The notes beneath the pieces were generated by a model, which was not told the DNA's origin, did no database searches, and saw only the letters and a list, made by a program, of their open reading frames with translations. The position numbers were made by a program, and so were the translations under genes. DNA of 63,289 nucleotides, the filler included, from Nemertoderma westbladi (lineage: Eukaryota > Animalia > Xenacoelomorpha): assembly GCA_032718475.1 (NCBI GenBank). It is 3 parts of 3 records of this genome, joined end to end, with 100 filler letters (N's around TTAATTAATTAA, not from the genome) between each part and the next. Parts side by side here need not be neighbours in the genome. Positions count along the whole stretch, not along the records: positions 1 to 28,441 come from JAUCBJ010004387.1; 2 more parts are not named here. One strand, 5' to 3'. Position 1 is the first letter of the stretch. Each line of letters opens with the position of its first letter. Shown here piece after piece: positions 1 to 12,055 of this stretch.

Positions 1-404
1 AATCAATACATAGGCCTGCTATAAGGTTTAAATGATCTGTGAAGGCTGTATGGACACGAAATTGAAGTAACTATAGTCGATCGTCCAATTGTTTTGTTTA
101 TTGCATTTGAGGGCTGGTGGTGGGACACATTCTTAAAATGATAGGCATTTCATAGTCTGATCCTGCAATCTTTCTTCTTAACCACGTCGTGTCGCTTGCA
201 GTTTAGCTAGTGAATCGCAAATTATTTTATTTTATTTACCCATAACAGCATAATGCGTTGCATAAGCCTACCGCTTATCATAGGCAACTCAATTGTTCAG
301 TGATGCAGTGTGTGACTTGCCTACTTTCTGCCTTGCACTATGCACATTGTGCTGTGCATGTGCATTGTACTGTACAGTGCTGTATTAACAGAATTAGACA
401 AACA

Positions 405-3400
405 TTACTACTACTACTAGGATCGGCATGCTGCATTGCAGCTGCATTTTTAAGAATGCTGTGCCGGCTTGTCAACAAAATTGCACCGCCACAACTCCCT
501 ATCACCCATGACATTTGCTAGATCATCCGCATCTTTAAGGCCAGTGTCCTTTAAGATGCGTCTCAAGAAAGTCATGGGCTGTCCACCATGCTTATTCACT
601 CCATGAGGCTGCCAAAGTACAAGATTATGCACTGGCTGGTCCTCACGGCGAAAGCAATGTCCTGCAAAGCGGAGGCGATTTTGTTCTAGTGTCAAGCTTG
701 GGGGAACCAATGAGACACCTCCAATGTTATATAGTGCCTGGTTGGAGATGTGTGCATTGTACTTGACACAATGAACCCGGCGTAGCATTCTTGTGAATGT
801 GCCATCCAGAGATTTGGTGTCCTCAGCAGTTAGAGCCCAGCATGGACTCCCGTAGAGGAGTACTGGAACTACTGCTGCTCTAAATAATCGGACCTTAAGT
901 TTCCGATTAATTCTCGGTGACTTCCAAATCCTGGATAGCCTATTCAAGGCTGCCCTATGCCTTTCCCTTTCGTATTCGAAGGTCCTCACCTGACTTCCGG
1001 ATCCATGATCCCAGGTAACAGAAGTCGTCCACATGCTCAAGCATACCATCCTTTGAGCTTATGCTCATCCGATCAGAGACTTGCTGAGGACTTTCAAAGT
1101 TAACTGTCAGAATTTTGGTCTTTCTGGAGTTAATAAAAAGACCAACACTAGAAGCAGCATGTTCTAATGAGCTGAGGAGCCGTTGGGCTCCCTCTAATGA
1201 TTCTGAGAGTACTCCTAAGTCATCAGCAAAGTCTAGATCAGTTAGGTACTTGGCAGGATTTCCTCGACTTCTGGAGCCAGTAGGTGGAGTTATCATCACC
1301 CCATCATCATTATAATGATCTAAGGACATGCGTAGAACATAGTCAACCACAATAATGAACAAGAATGGTGCAAGTGTGTCTCCTTGGAGGACGCCCCATA
1401 ACACTTCAAATGGTTCTGTGTCACCATCAACAGTAGACACAAATGTTGTCGAACCATCGTATACTGATCTGATTGCTGCAATAATTTCATCAGGAATCCC
1501 ATATAATGAAAGTATGCTGAACATACGTGAGCGAGAGACTGAATCAAAGGCCTTGAAGAAGTCAACAAAGATAACAGCCAGATGCCTGTCTTTCTTTTTT
1601 GATAACTCTTCAATTATCCTTCTAAGTGCCAAAATGGGCTCCATGGTCCCACGACCTTTACGGAACCCATTCTGATTTCCACGGAGCAGTCTCTCAATGG
1701 GATCCCTGATGCGATTTAATAGAATCCTATTGTATAGCTTTGCAGCAATCGAGATCAATGAGATTCCCCGAAAAGAACCATAGAGTGTTAGGTTGCCCTT
1801 CTTGGGAACTGGCACCAACTTATTTGTTTTCATTTCTTGTGGGACTCTTGTTGTTCGGTACATGTCTACTATGATGGGATAGATGAGCTTTAAACACTCA
1901 GGTATTTTAAAGACCTCAGGGGGAACACCATCTACTCCACTGGCACGATTGGTCTTAATGCTCTTTGCAGCAGCCTTCACTTCTGCAAAGGAGATATCGC
2001 CAATGGGAATATCTGGGAGTACAGACTCAGACACTTTTACTTCTATAAAGTTATCAGGCAATACCCTGTCATTATTGAGGAGCTTTTCAAAGTGGGCTTT
2101 CCAACCATTGAGGCGATCGGCTGGTGATTCAGCCTTAACCTTGGTGGTTGGTTGGCTTTTCCGCCCAGTAAGCAGATTGATCGATTTCCATGCCTGGGAT
2201 GATTGCCTGCTGTCGTCAGCATCATTGATGGCATCAACCTGTTGGTTTATTAGCTCCTGTAGATTAGCAGAGTACTGCCTGTTCAGGGACCTAGATGCAG
2301 CCTTAACTGCATTCTTGGCCGCTGTAGTCTGTTTGAGTCGGGACTCTTTCTGCGCCTTATGAAGGTCATTTCGGCACTTCTGAATTTTGTTGTCAGTCCA
2401 GGGGGCCCTTTTCTTGTTTCGAGGGTATACAGGAACTGTTTCTGCAGCTGCTAACTTAACTGCTTCTGTAAAGGCAGTATAGCCCTCACAGTGATCTGCC
2501 GCCTCAGAGGCAAGAGCCTCATACCTGTTGCTCAGCTGTAGTGTGAAGCTGGATCTCACACTTGGCTGTTGCAACAGAGAGGACCAGTCATGCCGCGGCA
2601 AGGCAGATTTCGTTGTTCTGCTAGCACGCAGACTAAGTCTTACCTTGGCCACAATAAGGCGGTGATCACTGGAGAAGGGTCGAAGTGTAAATGCATTACA
2701 GTCTTGTATAGAGCTCCTGTATTTCCTACGAAACAGAATATGGTCTATCTGGGACTTGTGACCACTGGGTCCACTATGAGTCCATAGCTTTCCAGTTCGC
2801 TTCTTGAACTGGGTTCCAGCCGAAAACAATCCATTTCCAGAGATAAAATCCTGAAGATGGACAGAATTTCGGTTAACACTATTGCTATATACCCAGGGCG
2901 ATGTAGGTGATTGATGCAGACTTGCATTAAAGTCTCCCAGGAATGTTAAGAATGCATGCTGATCCACTCCATCAGTAGCTGCTTGTAGATTGTGGTAGAA
3001 ATTTTCCACCTCCTCTACAGGGGCAACACTAGTTGGAGAGTAGCACACAATCAGAACCACCTTAGGAAACTTCCTAGCCAGTCTTCCAGAACATGAGAAG
3101 TGGCAATGGATGATGCGGTTAGAGATTTGGTCTATTTTGTCCAATGCTGCATGTGCAGTTGGATTCATCAATAGACCAATTCCACCATTGCCACTATCAT
3201 CTGCTGACGCGAGGGCGAGTCGCCAACCGCCCCCCATGTCCTTAATCAGAACCTCATCAGTCTGTCCAGTCTGCATTCGGTGCTCTTGAACACCCACTGC
3301 GCTAAGAGAAAGCTTATCTGCCAAGGCAGTCAGCTCACCTTGTCGCATTGGGGACCCGAGTGTTAGGGTGTTGACTGAGGCTAGTCTTGTGACTTGCCTC

Positions 3401-4135
3401 AGATTCACCAATGGCTTTGTTGGTCGGGGTGGAACATGAGAGTAGCCTCCAACTCCAGAATCCCTCTCCCCATCACAATCTGGCCTTCCTGGTGACCCAG
3501 GGTTTGGGCCAGAAAGGTCATCAGGAAAGGGACTCAAAGAATTGTTGGCTGCTCTCTCTCCAGTAGGGGATGAGACAGGCAGCCGGTCAGGAGTTAACTG
3601 ACGTCTGTGAGGCCGATTGTGTCCGGTAATTCCACTGGCCTCTAGTGGCCGGACCTCCGCATTGCTAATGTAATCCATAGTGGGGGTTGGGGGGTGCTTT
3701 TTTGCCGAGTCAGCTCTCGGGGCAAATACCACACCCTGGTTTGCCATTCCACAGGGTGGGTGTCGCAATGGAGTCAGATATGAGGCCCATCACCCATAAC
3801 CACTCTGGCGCACATACCCACCATTGGCTGTTGCAGCTCATCTGCTGGGTCATGCCCTGTACCCTTGCTGCCAGGTGCAGGTCGCAGTGAAGTGCTCTCA
3901 GAGTGGACATGAGAACACTCTACTCCTGACCAGCCATTGGTAGATCACCATCTGCCTGGTCAGGCCATATACCCCTGCATCCAAGTATATGGGTCCTTAA
4001 TCCAGGACCAAGGGCGTCCTTATCCCAGAACGAAGGGGGTCCTAGTTACAGGACCAGATTTGCCCTAGTAAGAGGGTCTATGCAGCTACAGGTGGCACCT
4101 CCTTTATGCTGCATGGAGGTGGCAAGTTTTCTTGA
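405..4135 (-). mobile_element. RTE-clade non-LTR retrotransposon, near full length (structured 5' UTR, APE-RT ORF, short 3' UTR, (TAG)n tail)
   Basis: Single long minus-strand ORF with endonuclease and RT; (TAG)n tail seen as ttactactactactag at about 405-420. The 5' boundary is approximate and no clean TSD was found. Confidence 0.9.
450..3768 (-). pseudogene. APE endonuclease + reverse transcriptase ORF of the RTE LINE, split by a 1-nt insertion near 958
   Basis: APE motifs GVQEHR, LGDFNA, SQIDHI, SDH; RT motifs NQNGFR, FVDFFKAFDS, GVLQGDTLAP, DFADDL, YLGS. Here gctgccctatgcc versus gctgcccatgcc in the 19.2-kb copy, so ORFs 955-3768 and 450-1049 are one frameshifted gene. Confidence 0.9.
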
Positions 4136-4480
4136 TCAATGACCTAGAATACCTGACCTGACCAATACAGGCCTCCCAGAGTTTCCTTTTATCTTTTTTT
4201 TCCTTTATTTTAGGGCGTTTTCTTTTTTTCCTTTTTTTTGTCCATTTTCACACATTTTTTTCCTCTTTTTTTGGTTTAGAAGATCAACTTCAGCTTGATG
4301 ATGATGATAGTGACAAGGTTATAACTGAGATTGACGGGCATAATAATGCCGATTTTTATTTTGAGTATGTTTATTTTGACAAAAATCACAAGCTAAGCTA
4401 CGATAAAAATGTAGCAGTTGAGGGAACTGTAAATATATTTATTTACTGAGGGGGGGGGGGGGGGGGGGGGGCATATTATT

Positions 4481-4531
4481 GGAAGCAGGACAATTTGGTC
4501 CCGGACAATTCGGTCCGGACAATTCGGTCCC
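4481..4531 (+). repeat. Transposon-terminus-like tandem motif (ggacaattYggtcc x3)
   Basis: ggaagcaggacaatttggtcccggacaattcggtccggacaattcggtccc. Possibly the left end of the Merlin element; no matching right end was found. Confidence 0.4.
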
Positions 4532-6869
4532 ATCTATTAATAGATATTATTATATGGCAGTATGGTAGCTAGTTTTTATTTTTTACTATCTAGTATTTTT
4601 TTGAAAATAAAACAAATTTTACTTTTTTTTTATATAACATTATTAGTTATGGTAGCTATTATGGTGTTTTTATGGAGCTTGTGAATTATTTACTAGCTAG
4701 TAATAGTATGTATTTAAAATGTGTAAAACTGATGTTTTTTATATATTGCGTATGTAGGCCTATACTGTATGTGTTGTTGGTTGGTTAAGGCCGGGTTGCA
4801 CACGTTGACTTAAGTTAAGTGTCTATTTTTTACTTAAGTTGCAACTTAGTTAAGTAGGCACTTAGACTTAAGTAAAATTGCGTTGCTCATTCTAAAGTTA
4901 AGTTTTCTTAACTAAGTAGGTACTTAAGTTAAAAAATCAGAACGGTACTAGTTCGCCATGTCGACACCCCCATGCAATTGCTTTCCACTGGCTATAAAGT
5001 GTCTTTGATTTTTAAATATTTCGTTCTAGAATATAGACTACATTCATCCAATATAATTTTTTATGGTAGCTACTATTTTTCAAAATACTACCTAGCTATT
5101 AAAAAAATAATTATATATAATATATTTACGTTACATATTTTTACTTATTCTAGAATATTTTGACTTTCCAAGTAAAGTGTTGTATTCCAAATAAAATTAC
5201 AAGACAATATAATTAAAAAAAAAATTTACTAGCTAACAAAAACTAGCTATCTGAATTACTCAGAATAACCACAGTAGTGTTGCAACGCTGGAAAGAGCCA
5301 GGCTAACAGTGCAAGGAATTGCTTAACGTTGCATAGCAACATAACACAATAACAATGATTATATAAAAACGAGAGAAAGCCGCCCCAATATTAGATTATT
5401 ACAACAACATATCCATTGGGTAAGAAAGTGGAGGAGAGCCAGCCCGTCTCTTAATTTTTTACTTTATATTACGCGATCAATTTTCACTCATCTCATCTCG
5501 TCATGAACCCAACATGTATGTAACCTTTTGTTAAATTTGTTGGCTATGCGTTTGCGGTTGTTTGGGCGGAGTGTGGTAGGCCTACACTTTTCACACTTAA
5601 ATATTCTGGTTGTGAAATGTTACAGGGCATAGCTATCTGAGATATTTCATTTATATTTTATTATGAGAGGAAGAAGAACCTACAACGTTATTTACTATAT
5701 ATGTAACAAAATAATTGTTTTCGGGTTTAACTGGAAGCCTCCCCAAAGAGTTGATATACGATTATATTTAAAATTTTTTCCATGGTCATGGTCATTCACC
5801 CGTCTTTAGTTAGAAATTTGTTTGCATGAAAGACAGTTTAGTTTAGTTTTTACTGATTTATTATCTCTTATCTGACTGGGGTAATAATAAAGGATAGGAT
5901 AAATGGAAGCAACGTGTGACAGTAACAAATATTTCCCCGTCACCCTAGCATGTCTTAAGTATACGATATCTCAAAGGGGGAAGTTTGGATTCACTGCATA
6001 AATGCAGTTCACCAAACTTCCCCCGAATGCACACTGTAACTTCCCACTTCCCTCAAATATACACTGTTGAATTAATTTTAAGCGATATAAAAAGTACAAA
6101 ATTGTGCGAGTTGTTAATTGTGTGGTCCATTTGTTATTTGATCTTTATTTATTATTTAAAGTGCAATTAATATCACACTGGTTATTAGAATATTATACTA
6201 TACAACCTTATGTTTTATTAATTTACCCAATCGAAGTCTCATAAGGGCCGGTTATTTGTACGCATATCCCCTAATGCGCTCAGTAAGGTTCAAACAACAT
6301 ATCAATATGAAAATAAAGTATCTGCAAAGAATAGAACCCAATAATATATAACTTGACCTTATTAAAAAATTTGCACTTTTGCACACTAGTGCACTTTAGC
6401 AGATCGTAATGGTGGCTCTTATCTAACAAACTTATGTTTATCCTCTACCGATCTACGATGGTGTATGATCAAGTGTCAGTCGCTAAAAGTGTCAAAAATC
6501 CAATTTAATAAATCTCGATTTGCGATTTTGGACCATATTCATGGACATTTTAAGTCACTTTATAGATATAAAAAATTAAACAAATGTTACGATTATAGTT
6601 AGAAATCATTCAAAACTACATTTTAATCCAAAAAATAACATTCTGCAATGAATAGAACTGGAAATAATAGTGTTTGAAATATCGAAAAAATGTTCACTAT
6701 TTAAGTGCATTTTACACTAAGTGCACATAAGTCTTTTCCCAAGTTTTATCCTATTTCACACACTACAATCTATCCTCTATCCAATGAAAAAAGTTTCAGA
6801 TTAAACGGCCAGGTAGAACCGAAGTTATTGATTTTTAAAAATAGTCACTCGAAAATTTCAAATTCTCTT

Positions 6870-6943
6870 GGTCAGATAGTCTAGTGGTTATCAATCACGT
6901 TAATGAAACCTACGTTCGCGGGTTTGAAATCCAATATTGACCA
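6870..6943 (+). pseudogene. Degenerate tRNA-like sequence embedded in an unclassified repeat
   Basis: 74 nt with GGTCAG...TTGACC-A acceptor-like pairing, A-box TAGTCTAGTGG and B-box-like GGTTTGAAATCC; D and anticodon stems are broken. Confidence 0.45.
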
Positions 6944-8545
6944 TTCTTAATTTTTTGCAAAAAAAAAATATTTTTATTTTTTCACTAAAATCGCTCTAAC
7001 TTCGGTTCTGGTGGTCCAAATTCGATAAAATTGGTATATTCTTTGCCGTAATTTTTTTCTTAATCTTTTGAGAAGGGGTTATTATTGGCCCCAAAAAAAT
7101 TAAAATAAAGGGCCAAAATAACGCGATATTTTTCGACCCTTAAAATTCGTAATTTTAATTATATATGTTAAGATAAAAGATAGCGGAGTTAATTTGATAC
7201 CTTTTACAGGTACTTTTGGCGCAATACGCTAAACTATAATGGTGTAGCGATTTGTTAAAAAAAAATTTTCGTCCCTTTTTATAAATATTATATTTCACAC
7301 GATCGTCTGCCGCTCCAGTTTTATAATACCTCCGGCGCTGTAATTAACGCTGTTAGATAGATAATTTAACGCACTATAAGTCTGTGTAAAGAAATCTCCG
7401 TAAGTTAAGTAGTTTTCGAGCTAGACGATTTCCCGCAAAGCGAGTTTGAAGCGCGAAATTATAATTTTGGCCCTCATTTTTTTAATATCATCCTTGGAGC
7501 AAAACCGATAGCATATTTGAATTCCCCGTATCGATATTGACCGCATAGAATGTACCTTAACCAACTAAAGTTAAAAATAAAAAAATATTCGATAAAAACT
7601 ACTTTACAAATTCTGGCCCTTTTTGGCCCCTATTGCCGACATATTTTTTGTACCCCCATTCGATAGGAACGTAGCCCCAATGGTCTTCTACGAGTTTCAT
7701 AAAATAATTAGTGGATTCCTACCCGCGTTGTCGAATTAAACATTTCGGAAATAAGTGTTCCAAAAAAGACGGACAAAAACGTACAAATTTACGGCCCCTT
7801 TTTCCACCCGAAATTTTAATAAATATCTTACCCCCATTCGATACGAAGGTAGTACCACTCTTCCCCTTTCCAACCGCGTTACTTTCGTCCCCGTACGATT
7901 AATATTAGCCGAGTTATAGCGGATCCTGCAAAGTCATTTTGTCCGTTTTTTCAACTTTGACGGACAATTTCGGGAAAAAGGCGTGGTAATCTTTTTTGAA
8001 ATAAAAAACGAATTCACCAATTAATCCCTTCTATCGTATCCCGGCGTCGGCTAAGCAATAACCTAGGGTTTTTTCGAGCCACTGTAGAGCGCCTTTCAAA
8101 ATTTTTTTAAAAAAGTCGAAAAAATGACGGTTTTTTGTCCGCCGTGTCCGTCGAAGGGATAGATTTGCTAATGTTAGAGTTGCTAATATCTTAGAATTCC
8201 GAGCCGCTCCCCTGGTGCGAAAATAAAAAAAATTGGTCAGTTCCTTCATCGAAAAGTCCCCCAGAATCCAAAGTTAACCTATATAGTTAGCGATGGCCTG
8301 CAGCTTTAGGAGCGGCCGCGGTATTCACCTCCCTCATAGCGGCCGCGGCGGTGTTGCGTCAAATGGAGAAATATTTATCCCACCGAGGAATTAATAATGA
8401 CATTATGTAGTTAGTTGCTTTAGTTACACAAGAACCCAGTTCTCTGGAATCTCTGTGCTTTAAAGTATTATTTGAATGCACCATCTATCATACAACAAAC
8501 ATTTTTAGCAAGCCCTCCCCCCCCCCCCCCCTTAATTTTTTGAAA

Positions 8546-9375
8546 ATGGCCCCTGCAGCGAAAGAAGCTAAAACTAGGGAAGCTAATTGGACTGACGAGG
8601 ATTGCTGCACTCTGGTCGAGTTGTTTGAACCTCACCATACTCATCTCATTGCCAGTTTCGACAAATCTAGAGGAATAAATGCAGATTCAAAATCTAAGAA
8701 GTGGGAAGCTATCTTGGAGTCATACTTAAGGTCAAATCCCGATGTAAAACAGAGTCTCGATGGGCTCGAGAAGAAGCTAAACAATCTGAAAGATTCCATG
8801 AAAGTTTACGCATGCGCAGCAAAATACCATGAGACTGGCGGCGGACCAGAGCCTAAAATTCCGAAAGTTTTCATCCTGAAACTGTACGATATTGTTCATG
8901 GGTCCAAAGGGCAAATCCTGAAAGGAATACAGTCGGGTGCAGAAAGTGGCGCATCGGTTGCAGCTATCCCGGTCCAGTCTAGTCAGGGTAATGACCAACC
9001 AGACCATGAAGAGGACGGCCAGATCCTGATGGACTTGGGCCAGAGCCTGAAGTCGCCAGGGGGCTACTTTAAACAGGCTTCCACTCCTCGAAACCCAGAC
9101 TACTCTTCTCATCCGCAAAAAAAATGGTCCCGCTCTCAGGACCATTGATTTCACCATTGGAGGCGCAGAACCTGCTGATCACGGAGAATCGCCAGTTGAT
9201 CCGAATAAACCGCTATCTTATCTATCTGAAGACAATTAAGACAAAAGCAGAAGTTTCGGCTCTTACTGGTCTGCTGCCTCCCCCGGCTCCTAATGTCATG
9301 GTGGATGCAGCTGCGGATATTTTGTTTCTGGAGACTATTTGTGAATATGAAAACAGTGCAAATAATATACAGTAG
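8546..9375 (+). CDS. Harbinger Myb/SANT-like DNA-binding protein (frameshift at the A8 run near 9117-9124)
   Basis: REANWTDED..LVEL...KSKKWEAI...LEKKLNNLK and ETGGGP motifs typical of Harbinger accessory proteins; the C-terminal helix appears to continue in ORF 9124-9375. Confidence 0.75.
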
Positions 9376-9440
9376 TACTGTATAATATGAATGTTTAATA
9401 TTGTGCAATTCATCATATTCATTATGTAATCTACAGTAGT

Positions 9441-10541
9441 CTAAAGTACAGTACAATGGTGTGCTAGTTTGATATATAATTTGGAAACAATATCCTTTTT
9501 TATCCAAAATACTTCTGAATAAAATGTGCATGATACGTTTGACCATTTTGTGAATAATGGAATAGATAGAATAATAGAATAATCTTCACTGTTATCTAAT
9601 TCCTCCACATTCTCATCTTCCTCACACTGTTCACCCCTTATTTTGGCAATATTGTGCAATACGAAAAAAGCCGAAATTACGCGGCAGACTAGAACTGGCT
9701 GCATTCTAATTTCGCCATGCAAGCAATGGAACTTTCTCTTTAACTGTCCAAATGCCCTTTCAACTGTATTGCGTGTCTTGATTTGCGCCCGGTTGTATTT
9801 AATTTCAGCTTTAGTCTTTTGGTTGAGAAGCGGAGTTAAAAGAAGAGGTGTACACGGATAGCCACTATCGCCTAAAATGAGTTCCTTTCGTTTTCCCTGA
9901 TCGTACTCCATTCCAAGTGAGCTATTGGACCAAATACGGGCGTCATGGGCATTTCCTGGCCAGTCAGCGACCATGTTCAAAAATTGACACTTTGCATCAC
10001 AAATTGCTTGAACGTTAATGCTACTGTACCCTTTTCTGTTAATGTAGTATGGCGCTTGATCGCCGTAAGGAGCTGGAATCTTCACATGCGTTGCGTCGAT
10101 GGCGCCAGTAACTCCAGGGAAACCAGCAATTTCAAAGAATTCCGCTTGAACCTTTTGAATTTCGATGGGTGTAGAAGGGAATTTCACAAACTGGTCTAAA
10201 TTTCGGGTGAGGGCGATTGAAACATCCCGAACGGCACGACTAGCGGATGACTTATGAATTGTCAAACTGTCTCCAGCTAGATTCAGGAAGCTCCCAGTTC
10301 CGTAAAATCTTAGGGCCACTGCCAGCTTCAACTCAACAGTCAGGCCTTTATTCCCAGCTTGGATTCTTTCGAGATCAGGACGAATCACATCGCAGATATA
10401 CCGTAAATTGTCCTTGCAGAACCGGAATCGGTCATAAAATTCTGTTTCATTGTACAGTTCGTAAATGTTTGGCCGCGTTGGGTACGATTTCCTATTCTGA
10501 GGGCGACGGCTTGGTAAACATAATATTGGTAACACTGACAT
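9441..10541 (-). CDS. Harbinger/HARBI1-like transposase (DDE_Tnp_4)
   Basis: GAIDATHV, NRKGYSSINVQAICD, WPGNAHD, LGDSGYP, YNRAQIKTRNTVERAFGQLKRKF, LHN. Probable start is MSVLP at 10541; the extreme C-terminus is probably frameshifted. Confidence 0.92.
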   Translation of the reverse strand: MSVLPILCLPSRRPQNRKSYPTRPNIYELYNETEFYDRFRFCKDNLRYICDVIRPDLERIQAGNKGLTVELKLAVALRFYGTGSFLNLAGDSLTIHKSSASRAVRDVSIALTRNLDQFVKFPSTPIEIQKVQAEFFEIAGFPGVTGAIDATHVKIPAPYGDQAPYYINRKGYSSINVQAICDAKCQFLNMVADWPGNAHDARIWSNSSLGMEYDQGKRKELILGDSGYPCTPLLLTPLLNQKTKAEIKYNRAQIKTRNTVERAFGQLKRKFHCLHGEIRMQPVLVCRVISAFFVLHNIAKIRGEQCEEDENVEELDNSEDYSIILSIPLFTKWSNVSCTFYSEVFWIKKDIVSKLYIKLAHHCTVL

Positions 10542-10831
10542 TATTCCGCTAATAATAAATAATTGTAATAAATAGCTAATAATAAATTCACTAAGATTCG
10601 TTTTTGGCAGACTTAAAAATAGACACTTATCTCTAAATTTTAAGTATCTACTTAAGTTAAGAAAATTGTTGTGCAACGCAATACCAATTTTTCTCGTACT
10701 TAAACTTAATTTAAGTTTTCTACTTGAAAAAGTACTTCTGCAGTATACCCCCACACCTTGATATATGTTTTATCACTTTCCTTTACTACCGCTATGGTGA
10801 CTAGATTCTAGAACACAATTATTGTGGCAAA

Positions 10832-11683
10832 ATGTCTTTAGGCAAGTTAAATTTGCGTGAATTGGTGCTACGTACAAGTACTGTAGCTGATTCATTACAG
10901 CTATGCAGAGACAATTTTCTGTTGACAACCAGCAGTACTTGTTTGTGTGGTAGTGATATGAAACTTAGGGCGACGAAGCGCTGCAAGGATGGAGAAATTT
11001 GGCGTTGCCCACGTCCCTGCATGAAGGAGAGCACAATAAGGAAAGGTTCTTTTTTCGCTGGAAGTAATTTACCAATAAGTACACTTCTTGAATTCTCGTA
11101 CTATTGGGCCTATGAAGAAGTGTCCATGGAAAAGGCGAGGCGGGAATTCGGAATGAGCGACCACACCACTGTTGATTGGAAGAACTTTCATCGAGATATT
11201 TGTGCACAGTCGTTATTAAACAATTCAGCAAAAATTGGTGGTAGTGGGCACATTGTGGAGGTTGATGAGAGCCTTTTTGTTCGCAGGAAACACAATGTTG
11301 GACGCGAAGTGGGCCAGGAATGGGTGTTCGGAGGCATTGATGTGAGTACAAGGGCATGTTTTTTGGTACCAGTTGCCTGCCGTAATGCTGACACTTTGCT
11401 CCCTATTATACAAGAGTACATTCTCCCAGATACATTAATCAGGTCCGATCTCTGGAAGGCATACAATGGGATTGAAAATCTTCCTGAGGGCTATTCACAC
11501 GAAACCGTGAATCATAGTAAGAACTTTGTTGACCCAGAGAGTGGAGCCCACACGCAGAATATCGAGAACTTGTGGATGCGTGCCAAACGCAGGAACAAGA
11601 GAGAGTGTGGAACTCATAGATCCTTGTTACGCACATATTTCATTGAATTCATGTGGCGAAAATCAAACAACATATCTACTTAG
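10832..11683 (+). CDS. Merlin / IS1595-family transposase
   Basis: N-terminal Cys cluster, GGSGHIVEVDESLF, RKHNVGR, WVFGG, IRSDLWKAY, VNHS.NFVDP.SGAHTQNIENLW, EFMWR. Confidence 0.92.
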   Translation: MSLGKLNLRELVLRTSTVADSLQLCRDNFLLTTSSTCLCGSDMKLRATKRCKDGEIWRCPRPCMKESTIRKGSFFAGSNLPISTLLEFSYYWAYEEVSMEKARREFGMSDHTTVDWKNFHRDICAQSLLNNSAKIGGSGHIVEVDESLFVRRKHNVGREVGQEWVFGGIDVSTRACFLVPVACRNADTLLPIIQEYILPDTLIRSDLWKAYNGIENLPEGYSHETVNHSKNFVDPESGAHTQNIENLWMRAKRRNKRECGTHRSLLRTYFIEFMWRKSNNIST

Positions 11684-12055
11684 GTTCTATAACACTTTCC
11701 AATAATAAAAATCGAAAAAATAAAAATTTAAATTTAAAAAATGGTCACACAAGCTACACCTATGTTATAAAAATACTAGCTACTGTATCTTAAAAATTAC
11801 TAGCTACCTGAAACTATAACATTTATAACACTAAATTTAATACCGGGAAATTTTTAAAAATTTTTTTTAAATACTACCGATAGTTATTTAGAAATTATAA
11901 ATTAGCTAGTAAACAAATTTTTTGAACATTTAATTGATTATTGATGAATTGATGGATTTTTGTATTCAGTAGTAATTCATTTACATTGCAATGTGAAATA
12001 GAAATACTGGCACGGGCGGAACACTAGCCGTATAAACTATTTTAGATTAATATTT

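Larger units (their letters stand above)
4788..10752. mobile_element. PIF/Harbinger DNA transposon with internal insertions
   Basis: Both ends carry related acttaagtt-rich subterminal arrays (4788-4935 and 10590-10750) flanking convergent Myb/SANT and transposase genes. The TIRs match poorly, so the boundaries are inferred. Confidence 0.6.

Noticed and set aside
1115-2362. Antisense ORFs over RTE copies (also 19406, 22165, 22948, 23308, 55098)
   Set aside because: Shadow frames of the RT ORF, repeated only because the element is repeated.
4055-4125. Canonical HDV or pistol ribozyme call
   Set aside because: P3/L3 is too short and lacks the usual P1.1 for HDV, and AUAAA is misplaced for pistol; kept only as a tentative finding.
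10542-10754. N-terminal extension of the 437-aa Harbinger ORF
   Set aside because: It runs through the subterminal repeat array from a non-ATG start; the real start is probably ATG 10541.
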